A stretch of DNA of 64,000 bases from contig CM059438.1 in the NCBI GenBank assembly GCA_030390025.1, positions 73,160,001 through 73,224,000 of the forward strand, given 5' to 3'. The translations under genes were made by a program, and so were the position numbers. Each line of letters starts with the position of its first letter. Within the stretch, counting starts at the first letter, position 1. Shown here piece by piece: positions 49,053 to 61,850 of the stretch. The notes under the pieces were generated by a model. It made no database searches. It had not been told where the DNA came from and saw only the letters and a list, made by a program, of their open reading frames with translations. The stretch comes from Squalus acanthias. Its lineage: Eukaryota.

Positions 49053-50764
49053 CTGGAAAAAGAATTTCACAAGTTAGAAAATGAGCGCTACAAATGAATT
49101 TATGAAACAAGGCTTCATATCAGTGAACTGATTGATTCACGCAAACCAAAAGGAAGACACAGTTCATGCAGAAATAATTGATTTCTGAGCAGAAAACAAA
49201 AAAGAAAATGAAAAATACTTCGAAGTGGGACACATACAGAATAAATTCAAATGCTCATTAAACAAAATCCGTTGCCTCATCAGGCTGCATTTGCACAGGT
49301 GAGCATATTTTCTTTTCGAATTTATTGAAGTTATAACCTGAGCACTTCAAATGTTCTCATTGGTGTTTCATGGTTGAATTTTTTTTTTTATGTTTGCACA
49401 AATATGCAGTAGAAGTTCCAGTTTTTAATTTTTTAAAAACCCCAAAATGTTTGTACTACTGGATGGGATGCTGCATCAGATCTGTAGGATTTATAAATGT
49501 TTCTGAGACGGGCTGTAAATGGCACAGTCCCTTTAAGTGTCTCTTTTTCAGGATTTTAGCATGTTTGACTTGGGCATCAAAGAAATTGGAACTGAAGTAT
49601 TTATCTGGACATTTCACGCCATGGTAATATTTTTCAAGTACAAAAAGAATAATACTCTGTGAGCTAATCATTGATTGAAAACCCCAGACAGTTCATGAGG
49701 AAAACTATACTTACATTTGATCCTCAAGGAAATAATGAGAGGAGTGACTATCACCAATACCACATTCACAATGAAAATGTAACTATATTATATGAGCAAT
49801 CCACACAGCTTTGATTTTAAACATTTCAAAACTAAACCAAAAAGAGTACATAATGATTACAATTGAGCGTCATAGCACTGTAAAATATTGGCCCGGGGTT
49901 ACAAGGAGTGATCAATAGTTAGGTAATAATGAATGAGAAAATAGGGTAAAACTGCCACAAATTTTCAGTTAGAATCCATTAATCCTGTTTGATTTCAGTT
50001 AGCTTTTGAAGGAACACTCTGGGCTGTATTTTCAAATTTCAATTAACAGGACTTATTATTATTGAGAAAGTCCTTCACATATATTACTATCTGCTTTTTT
50101 AAAAATATACACCAAATATAGATTGCATCTGCAGAAGTTCCACCATTTTGTTTGTCTTGCCCAAGTTACCTGCAGGAGAAAGACAGTTAGGAAATGACAG
50201 ATCATCTTCTTCGCCTCCATTATGAATATTTATTCCTTTATGGGTGCACGACCTCACCCAAGTTTCATTTTTTTGTTTCACGTGTACTGTTTAAAATAAC
50301 AAGCTCCAGAAAAAAAAACTGCTTTTGTTTCGCCCGTAACCTTTTATTTATGAAGCAACTGGCAGCTATTTTGGCGCCTGTGTGGTCGAAAATTTAAAAA
50401 AATTCTAAATCTAAATTTAATAAGAGCAGAGATAAGTTAAGTATCTTCATGTAACTGTTCAGTACTGTTTGATAGTGATGGTTTCACCAATGGGTGCACA
50501 GGACACCTTTATATCCCAGGCAAATGCGAGCAGAGGACAACAGCAAGAGTCATCCCTTTTCCTGGACTACTTGCTCGGAAGCTTGTACTGGGACACTGAT
50601 GATGCAGCATGACTGCCACATTCAGGACTAGAAGATGGCGTGGACTCAACTCACCATCAATAATCCTTTGGCAATCAAGGCCAGGACTTGAAAATGTAAT
50701 TCTTGTCTGTGTGCATCATTCTTATCTTTATCAGTCACTGGCTTAGTGTACAGAGGTATCGCAC

Positions 50765-51075
50765 CATGCTGTACAGACTAAGGCTCTAAATCCTGTACTA
50801 GGCTATCTGATCTCAGTCAGGGCTAACAGCGGAGGTGCTACGATTGGCCTCAGCATCTATGTGCTAGGTAGTGGGAGGGAGGGAGGGGGACAGGAGAGAA
50901 ATCAGCCAGGGAACATAAACCATTGAGCACTGCTAGAAAGTGCACGTGTGGGGACATCGGGAGGGTATACAATCAGGCTCAGGTGGAATGCCTTCTATGG
51001 GTGAATGGCGTGCCAATGCTCACATATAAAGAATGGTCACTTGGGTCAGGTTCCAGAGGACCGCTGGTGCTCTTG
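50765..51075 (+). mobile_element. Old SINE-like repeat (LmeSINE1c-like, tentative)
   Basis: CTGCTAGAAAGTGCACGTGTG...GCTCACATATAAAGAATGGTCACTTGGG; related to 680-1000. Confidence 0.45.
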
Positions 51076-52529
51076 AAAGCAGAGTCCAGTAAAAAGAAAA
51101 GAAAAGGGAGAAAATTGGCAAGCACTAATAATAATAATAATAGAAAAAATCAGAAGCAATGGTCCCACATGTATTCTCGGCAATGCTGCCACCTATTTCG
51201 CCTGCAACCAAACTTGAAACAGACAAGTTTCTGCACAACTGCGGTGCAGACAGAGTGCACTCAGTAAAGGGAAGTTCGAATATTCAAAGTACAAAATACA
51301 GAACAAGTCAGTGAAACATTTGTTCTGCATGTGGACACAGTTTGCATTCGTGTCTATTTTTGGTGCGAGATGAAGATCCAGTGAGGGCCGCTGTCCCAAA
51401 ATGACATCTTAATCTCAGTCCCAATGTAACATTATTGCACTGACCTCGGACATGCATGCTAAATCTACCAATCAACGAAATAAAAATCACACGAATTTGA
51501 CATCTCATATCTATATGGATTTTTGTTCCATATTCTGCACCCATTTATTTTCTGTCTTTGTTTTGATATCTAGTTATTCCCATGCTCTTCCATTTGGGGC
51601 CTGAAATAAACAACAGTGGGACCACTGAGCTTTAAATTGTGGAGTTCCAGGTGTGAAGATGGACACACATTAGACATGGGGGATTTTAGCCCATTCCTCA
51701 CCCATTCAGATTCTAATAACCAAAATTGAACAGCCATAATCTAGATTTATTCCAACCCAGGGACTTTCAGTCTTATTATACCCTTGGGCTGCAGTTAAGT
51801 GCATTTATATGTCGAAGATGAAAGTGCTAAAATACAATCAGGAGGCAACAGTCTAAGCTGTTGTCACCAAAAGGCAATAGTAATCCTTCCGGCATGTTGA
51901 TATCTTCTACTCAAGACCATTAGCCTGTAAAATGCAGTGTACTTCAGGCAATCACATTTTAATCCTTATCCTAGACAATCGCATCCCATTCCCCTCTGAA
52001 CAGCAGCAGTGGAGTAAAAATATTGACAGAATGCAAGAATGTTTAGTTAATTAAGTCACAGAATTCTCAGCCACTTCTATCACCTGAGAGCCAATATTTT
52101 ACTATTTCTAGCCAGAAAACAGCAGCCAATATTTGCTTTATTGGAGCTACAGTCCGCCATCACTTATCAGTACTCCAGCTAGACGGTCAGTTTGCTCAAT
52201 AACGTGAGGGCTATAATCTTTTTGTGGTATCAGAGGGCAACGGTCACCTCACCAACACCAGTCAAAGGGCAACAGTCTGACTCGTCCAATAGAAATCGCA
52301 TGTCATCAGGAAATGCGCGCGGTATTACTGCGCTCCAATGTCACTTCCTGAAACTTCAGTCAATCCGCTGGAATAATGAAAATGACTGTGTCACATGACT
52401 GATTTTAGCCAATTACACTCGAGATTCTAAGGCCAAGGACGAAGAGGAGAATGTTGTTCTATAATAACCCATTCCATAATAATCTGAAGTTTCAGCACAT
52501 ACCAGCTTTAAACTAAAGACTATTTTTTT

Positions 52530-53000
52530 TTGACAGGCTGGTTTCCAGTTGGGTGGGGAATGCTGGACAGGGGGGGCGGAAAGAGTTCCGATCCCCGACT
52601 CCAGGGGTGGGGGCAGGGGGAGGGGGGCGGAGTGTTTGCATGGGGCGGGTTGATGGTGGGTGAGTTTGGGGAGGCGGTGGCAGGAAGCACTCCTGCTCCT
52701 CCCGGCCTACAAGGATTGCTCCCCGAGGCTCGCTACAGTTACCGGGAATCCCGAGGCCTGGGAATCCCCGGCTGGCCGAAGCAAAACTTGTGCAGCACGT
52801 TGAAGCAGAGGCTTCAAGGGCCTCACAATATCATATTTAAAATGCCAGCCTACCGCCTGGCAGAGGGTTGGCTGCCCGACCCCCTCCCCCCCCATCCCGC
52901 GGGAGTAAAAGCCGAAAGTGGGCGGGTTGGGGTCAGGATTTAGATTTTTAATACCTTAACATGCCCCACCCACCCATTTTTTCAGGTTAAAATTCCCCCC
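52530..53000. mobile_element. GC-rich MITE-like remnant
   Basis: CpG/G-rich island ending GGTTAAAATTCCCCCC. Confidence 0.45.
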
Positions 53001-55233
53001 AATGACCACAAGCAGGAATTCTGAAAGAATAAAAATAGCAGCTTTACATTCTCGTTTTTCTAATTTATTTCTTTTACATTTTCTTTTCTTACTTCCTCTC
53101 ATATGTTCGCTGTTTCTAATTTTGCCCTCACTCCTGGATTTGTTTCTTTGATGCATGTTTTCATCTTTCTTGTTACTTTCCCTTCCAGTTCACTATTCTC
53201 AGTTTCGTCAAGTTTTGTTTTCTTACATATTTCCATTTTTTAGTTTGCTTTTTTTTTTCCAAAATTCACTTTTTATGCATCTCTTTCAATTCCTCTATGT
53301 TAAACAAAGAGTATTACTACTATGGAAAGGAAATACTGCCGTTTTGAACAAGGTCATATGGTTCCCTAACCTCTGACACTAAGGTTTGTCCTTAGTACTG
53401 GGCAAGGTTTAAAGTTGTAACATTTTTACCAGGGTTACAATGCTGTCGAAGGTTTTTGTGAAACCCATGTGTAAGAGGTTCCTCCTTCAAGTTTCAAATG
53501 CTTGAGTTGCAAAGCATATTTTGATAACTTTTTTTCCCCCCCAGTATTGTTGTTGAAATAACTGGGATATCATAATTAAGAGTGGAACTGATTCCTATTA
53601 CGAGACCTGACCTTGGTTACGATTAATACATTTAAGTGCTGCCCATACTATTCCTTCCTCGTGCAGCAGACAACTTAAGCTTAAAGCCGCCGCTGGCTTG
53701 ATTATCCACAGTCTCACTTTATTGTTTCCTGACTGTCCTGTTAGCAATCATTGACTTTGGCCACAGATGACTCCCAGTATTAGGGACACTCTTCTGGACA
53801 GTGAAACAAAGTTCACAATCAATCATGACAACCGAGTGCAAGCATCAGCTTCCCCAAAGGTGAGCTGCACAAGCAAAATAAAACAAAGGCATGCCAAATT
53901 ATCAGTCGCCGGATAACCGCAAAATTTAACAACCTGCGGAAAACACATATTCATTCTCTGAATCGGTCACAACAACTTTTGGCCAAATAGTTTGTTGACC
54001 TTTTATTGCTGATAAATGATACGAGTTTGTTTTAAAACATAGTTTGGTTCAATGTTTTAAAGCTCTTTTTTGACTTTCACCTGATCAGTAGGCTTCAGGC
54101 AAGTCTTCCTTTACGGAGCTCTTTGGAAATCCTTTCCTTCATTTACCTTAAGGCTTCTGTCAGATGTATTTAAATGGTTTACAGTGTGAGTTCACGGATT
54201 AACTGATTGATCACTGCAGCCCTTAAGGGTTACTGTACTAATCTAGGATCATAAATGTAGCGATTCCTAAATTGTATCTGCCGCGGCAGTTCACGAACAG
54301 GCTCGAGTGGTTCGGACGATGAGGAAAGGCCATCCTACCAACTGATGATCGTGTGCCCCCTTCAGGCCAGACCATGAAATATCACTGGTCACGGAAGCAG
54401 CACTTCGCACTAAACTGCTCAGTGGCTGTCCACACTGGATAATAAAGGTGCCGAAAATGAGCAGTCATAAATGGAAGTATCAAAAAACAGAATGGAGGAA
54501 GACAGGCAGTTGAAAATATTCCAGCTGACTGGTGTAGCCCCAATAGACAGCAGGCTGGTGCAGCAACGGGCTCTACCATGGAGGGCAGGGAACCACGGTC
54601 CCTCATATAATGAGTTTCTGATCTCAGCTGGCTCATCATGGGGAGGCATCAACTGGATGGCAGGAACCTTCCCAGTGAGAAAACCGCAGGCCAAGTTACT
54701 ACCGGGAGCTCTTGTGCGTGCCATGGAAGCCAGTTTCAGGAGGGCATCGGCAAAGATTTGGTTACTTGCGCACCTTCTTGGCTGGGGAATGGCGCATTGC
54801 ACGATGAGGCCCATAGGGTGAAGAAAAAAATGGGAAGAAGAAGAAAAAGTTGAGAATTTTTCATCAGACCTTTCAACTCTTTGAAAATGCAGCTGGCACG
54901 ATCATATTAAGACATTACTGCGAGCTGCTTGACCTTGTGGCTATATTCTCAGCCGACATTTTCAGTCATTTCTTCGGATCGGTGCTCACTTTTATTACAT
55001 CTTTTGATTATAAAGCCACTGATAAGTAAAGCCAGATGTGGCAGATTTTTATGAAAGATATCCTTGGCATACGTTTCCTCTCCAACAAATTTATACAGTT
55101 TTTTTTTCAATTTTATAAACTAACACGTGCTTGACAACATACTACCTTCATCATCTTTTAAAGATTACACAATTATCGTAAGTACCGCACATATTATGTG
55201 GTAATAAATTCAATGATGTACAATTTTACATAC

Positions 55234-55361
55234 CAGGCTCCAGGATCATAGTCAGCCCAGACGCGAATGAACTCATCCAGGTGGTGTGGTCCCAGGATAG
55301 AGGAGTCTCGGGTTAAATACTCAAAATTATCCATAATAACAGCCACAAAAAGATTTAACAT
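55234..55361 (-). CDS. CACNA1B: CACNA1B exon 36 (end of IVS6 and start of EF-hand region), 128 nt
   Basis: TTTTCCCAG|ATG acceptor; encodes [42 protein letters not shown](C); GCCTG|GTATGT donor, phase 2. Confidence 0.97.
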
Positions 55362-55559
55362 CTGGGAAAAGGACAAAAACAATCACATGGAATGCCCATT
55401 AAATTAATCAACTGATATATATCACTGTTATTTTTCAAAAAACACATTCAAAAGGAATTCCTGACAACTATAGACCAGCCAGTTGTAGGTAGCCTATGTA
55501 GATGCAGTTTAATGTTAGTATGAAATTATTAATATAATAGTAAGGAACTAAAAGACAGA

Positions 55560-55950
55560 GCATATGATAAATGGAAACGCGATACAATGTGTTGATGAGG
55601 AAAGAGATCCTGCAGATAAACCTATTAAACTGTTAGCCCAGTGATCAGCTGCAGTAGAAAGACAAATTGAGTTGCATTAACAGAGGGATACAGTACAAAT
55701 CAAAAGTGTTTATACTGCTGCTGTGGAAGGCACTGGTCAGGCCCCATCTCATTCACTGTGTGCACATCTGGTCACCTAATCATAGCAATGGTATTACTGC
55801 TTGTGAGAGGGTGCAGAGACAACCAATAAAGGTGACTCTGGCTATCAAGATTTTAAATTATAAGGAAATGTTAAAGATGTTCGACTTGTTTTCTTTGGGA
55901 CAAAGAGCCTTCAAGATGAATCCATTGAAATTTCAAAGATTATGGAAGAA
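55560..55950 (+). mobile_element. Old CR1 fragment
   Basis: CINRGIQYKSK...KALVRPHL.HCVHIWSP...ERVQR...LFSL. Confidence 0.8.
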
Positions 55951-57261
55951 ATGAACAACGGCGATCTCTGCAAATTGGTCACTATGTTGAGGTTGCTAAC
56001 TGCTGGATAAGATGCACCGCTGGCACTGCTGTGGTGATACTTCAAAATATTCCTATTCATTACATCCAGGTCTGACTCAGAGTAAAATGTTTACTTTCTA
56101 ATGTGATTGTAGATGAGGAAAGTTTCAGCAAAAAAATCTGTTTTTTCCCTTGATTTTTTTGGGGTCAAGCTATCTTAAGCCATTTTTGGAGGGGTAGGAA
56201 TCCCGAGAGTGCCAATCATGAAGAAATAATCTTCTACTACTTTGTGACAACGTTAACCACTTTTTGTTAACGTCTATTTTTTTCAATAAAATGTTTTAAG
56301 CCAGGTGTTCCTGCAATTTCTTTGGCAGGACATATATTACAGAGGGAGAGCAGACATTGTTCCCAGTCTATTAGAACTGAGGAAAATATAGCCCCTAATT
56401 GGCTCTTTAAACTCACGAATACGGCCTGCTTCATACTGGTAACTGATTCCACAAGTCTGTTGGGTGAAAACACCATTCCAGATATGTTTTTGGAGATCGG
56501 AAGCATTCAGAGATGGCGGTGAAGGGTGCTAGATGGGATTGATCTATTAAAATAGGATGGACTTTTCCTATCCCTAAAGCAATGCACCTTCACTGTGCAG
56601 TAAAAACTTTTGCAAAGACTTATTTTAATTTACCATGAAGTCCGCTCTGAGGAATGGGCCTCCAAATCAATACAGCTACATCTGTTCCTACTGAAGATAC
56701 ATCTGTAGTGCATCAAAGCGCTTCCATGCACGACAAAGGTCAGTGCAATGAGATGCAAATGCTTCTGGACTCTAGAATCTTAGCTGGTGCCACTTTCATG
56801 GAATGAGCAAAAGTCTTTGATGCTGTAACAAATTGGATAATTGTAACTTCTTAGTTATTCTCGTGAATTGGTTCCACTTCTGTGTAATAGATAACAGGTA
56901 ATGATGCTGTCTTTCTACACTATCGTCAGAAGTCTTGCACCCTATGCAGACTGCCTCCTTGTGCAGGTGGATCTGCGGCAATTCCTGGATCACTGGTGTT
57001 CCGCCCAAAGCAGATTGCTCACGTTTCTGATGGCCAGCGATTTGCAAGGGTCCACTTGACTTCTTGAAGCATCTGGATGTTACATTTGTCAATTAGCAAC
57101 TCAGCTGTTCCAAAGATGGGAGGTGCTTCAGTTTCCACAGTAAGCGAGGCTACTCACCGTTCTCCACTCGGTGTACTGCTCTTAATCAGCATTAACAACC
57201 TTGCTGAAAGTACTCTAACTTTCAAATCCAAATGTACACAGATGGCTGTTGTTGTCATAAT

Positions 57262-58012
57262 GGCCCGTATTTTCCGATCGCAGGCTTCCTGCGCGCGGAG
57301 GCCTGCGATCTGGAAAAATCTACGCCCTTACCTGAGGGCTCCCGGGACGCACACGCTTCCGATCCTGGGCCCCCCCAAACTCCAAGTGCGCAGGGCCCAC
57401 GTATCCCAGAGGCGCAGGCAGTTCACAGCGTCCCTGGGATCACGTGGGCCATGGGGAGCCAATCAAAGAAGGGAATCTCCCTTCATACACTTGACAGGAA
57501 GACCTGTCAAATATATGAATGGAGATCACCCCCAAAACATAGTAAAACTTTAAATAAATGTTTTAAAAAATCACATTTTTAAAATGACTTGAAATTACAA
57601 TAAATATTTTAAACAAAAATTTAAATTCTTGAAAAAAATAATTCAAGTTTTTTACAGGGCTAAAAATAAACTTACCTTTTTCAAAGTATTTTTAAATGAT
57701 AAATCAGTGAAAACATTTTTTTGTTTTTACTTCTTTTCAACTCTTATCCTGGTAAAAGCAGGCCTTACGCTTTTACCAGGCGTAAGAATTGTAAAGGTTT
57801 TCTGCGGGCGGAGGGTCTCCAAAAAGCGGAACTTTCTGCCCGCAGAGGCCCTTCTCCAGGGCAGGCGGAGGATCTGTCAAGACCATTATTGACAGATCAG
57901 AAATGCCGGTTTTCAGCGCATGCACTGTGCATGCCTGAAACCGGCATTTCCGATGTCTCTACAGTTGGGTACACAGCGCGTACCCACCCGTAGATATTGG
58001 AATATCTGGGCC
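57262..58012 (+). mobile_element. ~750-bp non-autonomous TIR element, copy 2
   Basis: TIR GGCCCGTATTTTCCGAT / ATTGGAATATCTGGGCC; colinear with 29989-30748. Confidence 0.85.
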
Positions 58013-58047
58013 ATGATTTTTCAAAAACAGCAATACTAGATAGCAGA

Positions 58048-58745
58048 CAACAACTTGCATCTATATACAGGAAACTCTTTATTAACCGGCACCGACAGGA
58101 CCGGCGTGGTGCCGGTTAATCAAAAAGTCCGGATAATGGAGAGTTATATCTCCCAACGTACGAGAGCCCCGTACACACTGACATGCGCCTGCATTCGGAG
58201 CTCCGTCTCCCCGGGGACCGCCAGCTGACCATCTGTCGTGTCCGCTGCCTACCCGGGCTGCACATTCCCCTCCCAATCTACACGCTACGATACAAGGCAA
58301 ACGCCTCGGGGTTTTTTTAAGTTATTTTTAAAGGAGAGATGAAGGAAAACCCCGGTTACCTACTCAAGAATTTTGCCGGTTAAGAGAGATTTCCGGTTAT
58401 TTGGGTGCCGGTTAAAAGAGAGTTTCCTGTAGCGCCTTTAACATAGCAAAAGTGCCACAAAGTGCTTCACAGGAGCGCCATCAGACAAAATGTGACACCG
58501 AACCACGTAAAGAGGTATTAGGACAGGTAGTCGAAAGCTTAGTCAGATATAGGTTTTAAGGAGTGACTTAATGGAGAAGAGAGAGGTGGAGCGGTTTAGG
58601 GAGGAAATTCCAGAGCTTAGGGTCTAGGCAACTGAAGTCACGGCCGCCAATGGTGGATGAAAAATTGGGGATGAGCAAGACGCCAGAATTGGAGGAACGC
58701 AGAGATCTTCGAGGGTTGTAGGGCTGGAGAAGGTTACAGAGAAAG
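58048..58745 (-). mobile_element. L2-like LINE 3' fragment, interrupted by the Tc1/mariner MITE
   Basis: Removing the MITE restores CAACTTGCATCTATATAGCGCCTTTAAC; body homologous to 18243-18618. Confidence 0.8.
58068..58429. mobile_element. Tc1/mariner (pogo/Tigger-like) MITE, 362 bp, TA target-site duplication
   Basis: 26-bp TIR CAGGAAACTCTTTATTAACCGGCACC / GGTGCCGGTTAAAAGAGAGTTTCCTG; TA at 58066-58067 and 58430-58431. Confidence 0.9.
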
Positions 58746-59314
58746 AGTGGAATGCGTTTTAAGAACCAATACAGGGAAGGTTTCAGATGACATTGCTAAA
58801 CTGTCAGTTTCTAATGTTGCCCGTAAATATGCTATTCTTTCGAATATATATTTCAAACCTTAAGTGCTATAGCAGCTTGGTGAAAAGGGAACGGAGTGCT
58901 AAGCACTTGTATGTCCATTGCAGATGGATGAGATGCACTTGCAGGTGTGTCACATGACTCAAATTGCTGTGCAGTAAGATGAATTTCTGTTTGACCCAAC
59001 GTAGATGAATTCACCTACTGCTAAACATCAAGAATACAAATGCAAGGTTTTTCTCTGTGGTTAGAAAATTGCTGGATTATAGTTTTCAGACAAGTGGAAT
59101 CGATGTCCGAGCATCCCTGCCCTAAAATAGTTCAGAATCCATTTGGATTGATAATCAGACTCTCAGCTCTCAAGGTAGTCAAGGAGAAAACATTGAGGAA
59201 GTGGCTTCTTTTGAGATATGTGAAGCATATATTGTTAGAAAATTCAATTTTTCCCCCTAATAAAAATGAACCCAGAAACTGCTAATTTGCACTCGTACCA
59301 GGCAAGCACTTGTG

Positions 59315-60757
59315 ATAAAAACAGAAAATGCTGGAAATACTCAGCAGGTCAGGCAGCATCTGTGGAGAGAGAAACAGAGTTAACGTTTCAGGTCGATGAC
59401 CCTTCGTCAGCACTGGAAAAAGCTGGAATTCGAACAGGTTTTTAAGCAAGTGCAGGGGCAAGGAAAGAGGGGAGGGGAGGAAAGAACAAAAGGCAAGGTC
59501 TGTGATAGGATGGAAGGCAGGAGATATTAAGAGAGATTAAGAGACATTAAGAGATGGTGCAAGGCAAAAGGAGATGGTAATGGGACAAGTTAAGAAACAA
59601 AAGATGGCTCTAGAAAAAAAAATAGGGGCAGAGGTTATGGTCTGAAATTGTTGAACTCTATGTTGAGTCCAGAAGGCTGTAAAGTGCCGAATCGAAAGAT
59701 AAGGTGCTGTTCCTCGAGCTTCATTGAAACAGTGTAAGAGGCCAAAGAAGGTGAAGTCTGAGTGGGAGTGGAGCGGAGAATTAAAGTGACAGGCGACCGG
59801 AAGCTCGGGGTCACCCTTACGGACTGAACGGAGGTGTTCCGCAAAGCGGTCCCCCAATCTGCGTTTGGTCTCCCCAATGTAGAGGAGACCGCATCGTGAG
59901 CAGCGAATACAGTATACTAAATTGCAAGTAGTACAAGTAAATTGCTGTTTCACCTGGAAGGAGTGTTTGGGGCCCTGGACAGTGGGAAAGGTGGAGGTAA
60001 AAGGACATGTCTTGCATCTCCTGCGCTTGCATGGGAAGGTGCCGGGCGAAGGGGAAGGGGTGTTGGGGGTGATAGAGGAGTGGACCAGGGTGTCGCGGAG
60101 GGAGCGGTCCCTTCGGAATGCTGAAAGGGGAGGTGAGGGGAAGATGTGTTTGGTGGTGGGATCACGCTGGAGGTGGCGGAAGATGATCCGTTGAATGTGG
60201 AGGCTGGTGGGGTGAAAGGTGTGGACAAGGGGAACCCTATCGTGGTTCCGGGAGGGAGGGGAAGGGGTGAGAGCAGAAGTGTGGGAGATAGAATGGATAC
60301 GGTCGAGGGCCGTGTCAACCACAGTAGAGGGAAATCCTCGGTTGAGGAAAAAGGAAGATATGTCGGAAGCACTGGTATGGAAGGTGGCATCATCAGTGCA
60401 GATGCGGAAGAGACTGACAAACTGGGAGAATGGAATTGAGTCTTTACAGGAAGCGGGGTGGGAGGAAGTGTAGTCCAGGTAGCTGTGGGGGTCAGTGGGC
60501 TTGAAGTGAACGTTTGTCAAGAGCCTATCCCCAGAGATGGAGACAGAGAAGTCGAGGAAGGGAAGGGAAGAGTCGAAGATGGACCATGTGAAGGTGAGGG
60601 AAGGGTGGAAATTGGAAGCAAAGTGAATGAAATTTTTTAGTTCAGGGCGAGAGCAGGAAACAGCACCGATACAGTCATCAATGTACTGGAAAAAGTGGTG
60701 AGGGAGGAGACCCGAGTAGGATTGGAACAAAGAATGTTCCACATATCCCACGAAAAG
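59315..60757 (-). mobile_element. 5'-truncated Penelope-like retroelement (RT C-terminus plus GIY-YIG endonuclease), 7-bp TSD
   Basis: 404-aa ORF with YIDD, CKRRRCKTC and LVYCIRCSRCGLLYIGET; frameshifted end EEQHLIFRFGTLQPSGLN; ACTTGTG at 59308-59314 and 60758-60764. Confidence 0.95.
59378..59414 (-). ncRNA. Minimal hammerhead ribozyme-like motif in the Penelope terminus
   Basis: CUGACGA-AGGGUC AUC GACCU-GAAACGUU core on the minus strand. Confidence 0.6.
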
Positions 60758-61850
60758 ACTTGTGCATTGTTATGACATTCTTTTGTCCACTATTTCAGCA
60801 GAGACATGAATCAGTTTAAAATAAAAAGATGCACCTCCTTTAAAATAATGGATAAAGGAATGTCGGACGAACGCACTGTTCATATGCTAATGTGACAATC
60901 ATCAATTCCTAGGCTATAGTTTTTGCTTAATTTCCCTTGGATTGTCAATGTGGGAATGGGCATCAAAAAATTGACACATACTGTCAGAGGAGCCCATTAA
61001 AGGGCTGTTAGCATTTTTCTTTTAATGGTCTCTAATTTAATCATTTCAATTTTGTAAAGGTTATGCAATCTTGGCAATCAGTCACAAAACACAGGACTGC
61101 GGATGACATTTGTTTTTTTTTAAATTTATAACCTCTACCAAAATATCTGACTTGCATGTTTCCTAAGCCAAGCAGGGAAACTAGCAGGTAATGGTCTAAT
61201 TTAAATTTTACGTTTAAAGCTGTTTTGAATCATTCTATTTCAGTTTCACTAACGAATGTAATAAACGTGATGTCAGTGGCAACACCTAGAGCTTTCGAGC
61301 ATAATTCTGTCATCAATGCAGCAGGCAAAATGGCTACTCTAGAAATTGGACGCAGCTGGCTGAGAATTTCATTAAATTATATTCGACATGAAATATTTTT
61401 GTGTCAGCTTATTTTTCCTGTTCTGTTTTGAATGCTCTCGTTTCTGCCATGAAAAGCTGCCATTCTGCCAAAGGATGTCTGTTGTTCATCAATGTTGTTG
61501 CATTTGAGACTTGCGCTGTGATTGCATGGTAAGGACACGCAATTCTTGAGAATCCAACTCTAGACTTTAACATTTCTGCTCGGATCCTGAGGTAGGTTGT
61601 GGCGGCTTGGTTTTGCTTCTCTTGTCTGGTGTGAAAACAATTGCAATCTGCTACAATTTGCTAAACTGTCAGTTAGATAAATTCTGCCCTTGCTTTTCCC
61701 AATGTATTGGGGATCATTTTGACTTTGGGTAGTCGGGTAAAGCGGGACCGATAGCTAACGGGTTGCTGAATCGATATTGCCCATTTTACACTATCATCCA
61801 ACTTCAAAATGACCCCCAATGAGCTTCTGATGCCAGCCAGGCCAGCTAGG

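Noticed and set aside
51420-51544. Minus-strand ORF KIHIDMRCQIRVI, faintly like e37a (possible third exon-37 copy)
   Set aside because: No PPLGLGK motif, no 97-nt AG...GT frame and only weak nucleotide similarity
53035-53300. Lys-rich and Phe-rich ORFs (also 47351-47548 and 16168-16659)
   Set aside because: Low-complexity purine/pyrimidine tracts, not genes; the 16168 ORF only overlaps the real microexon and its pyrimidine tract
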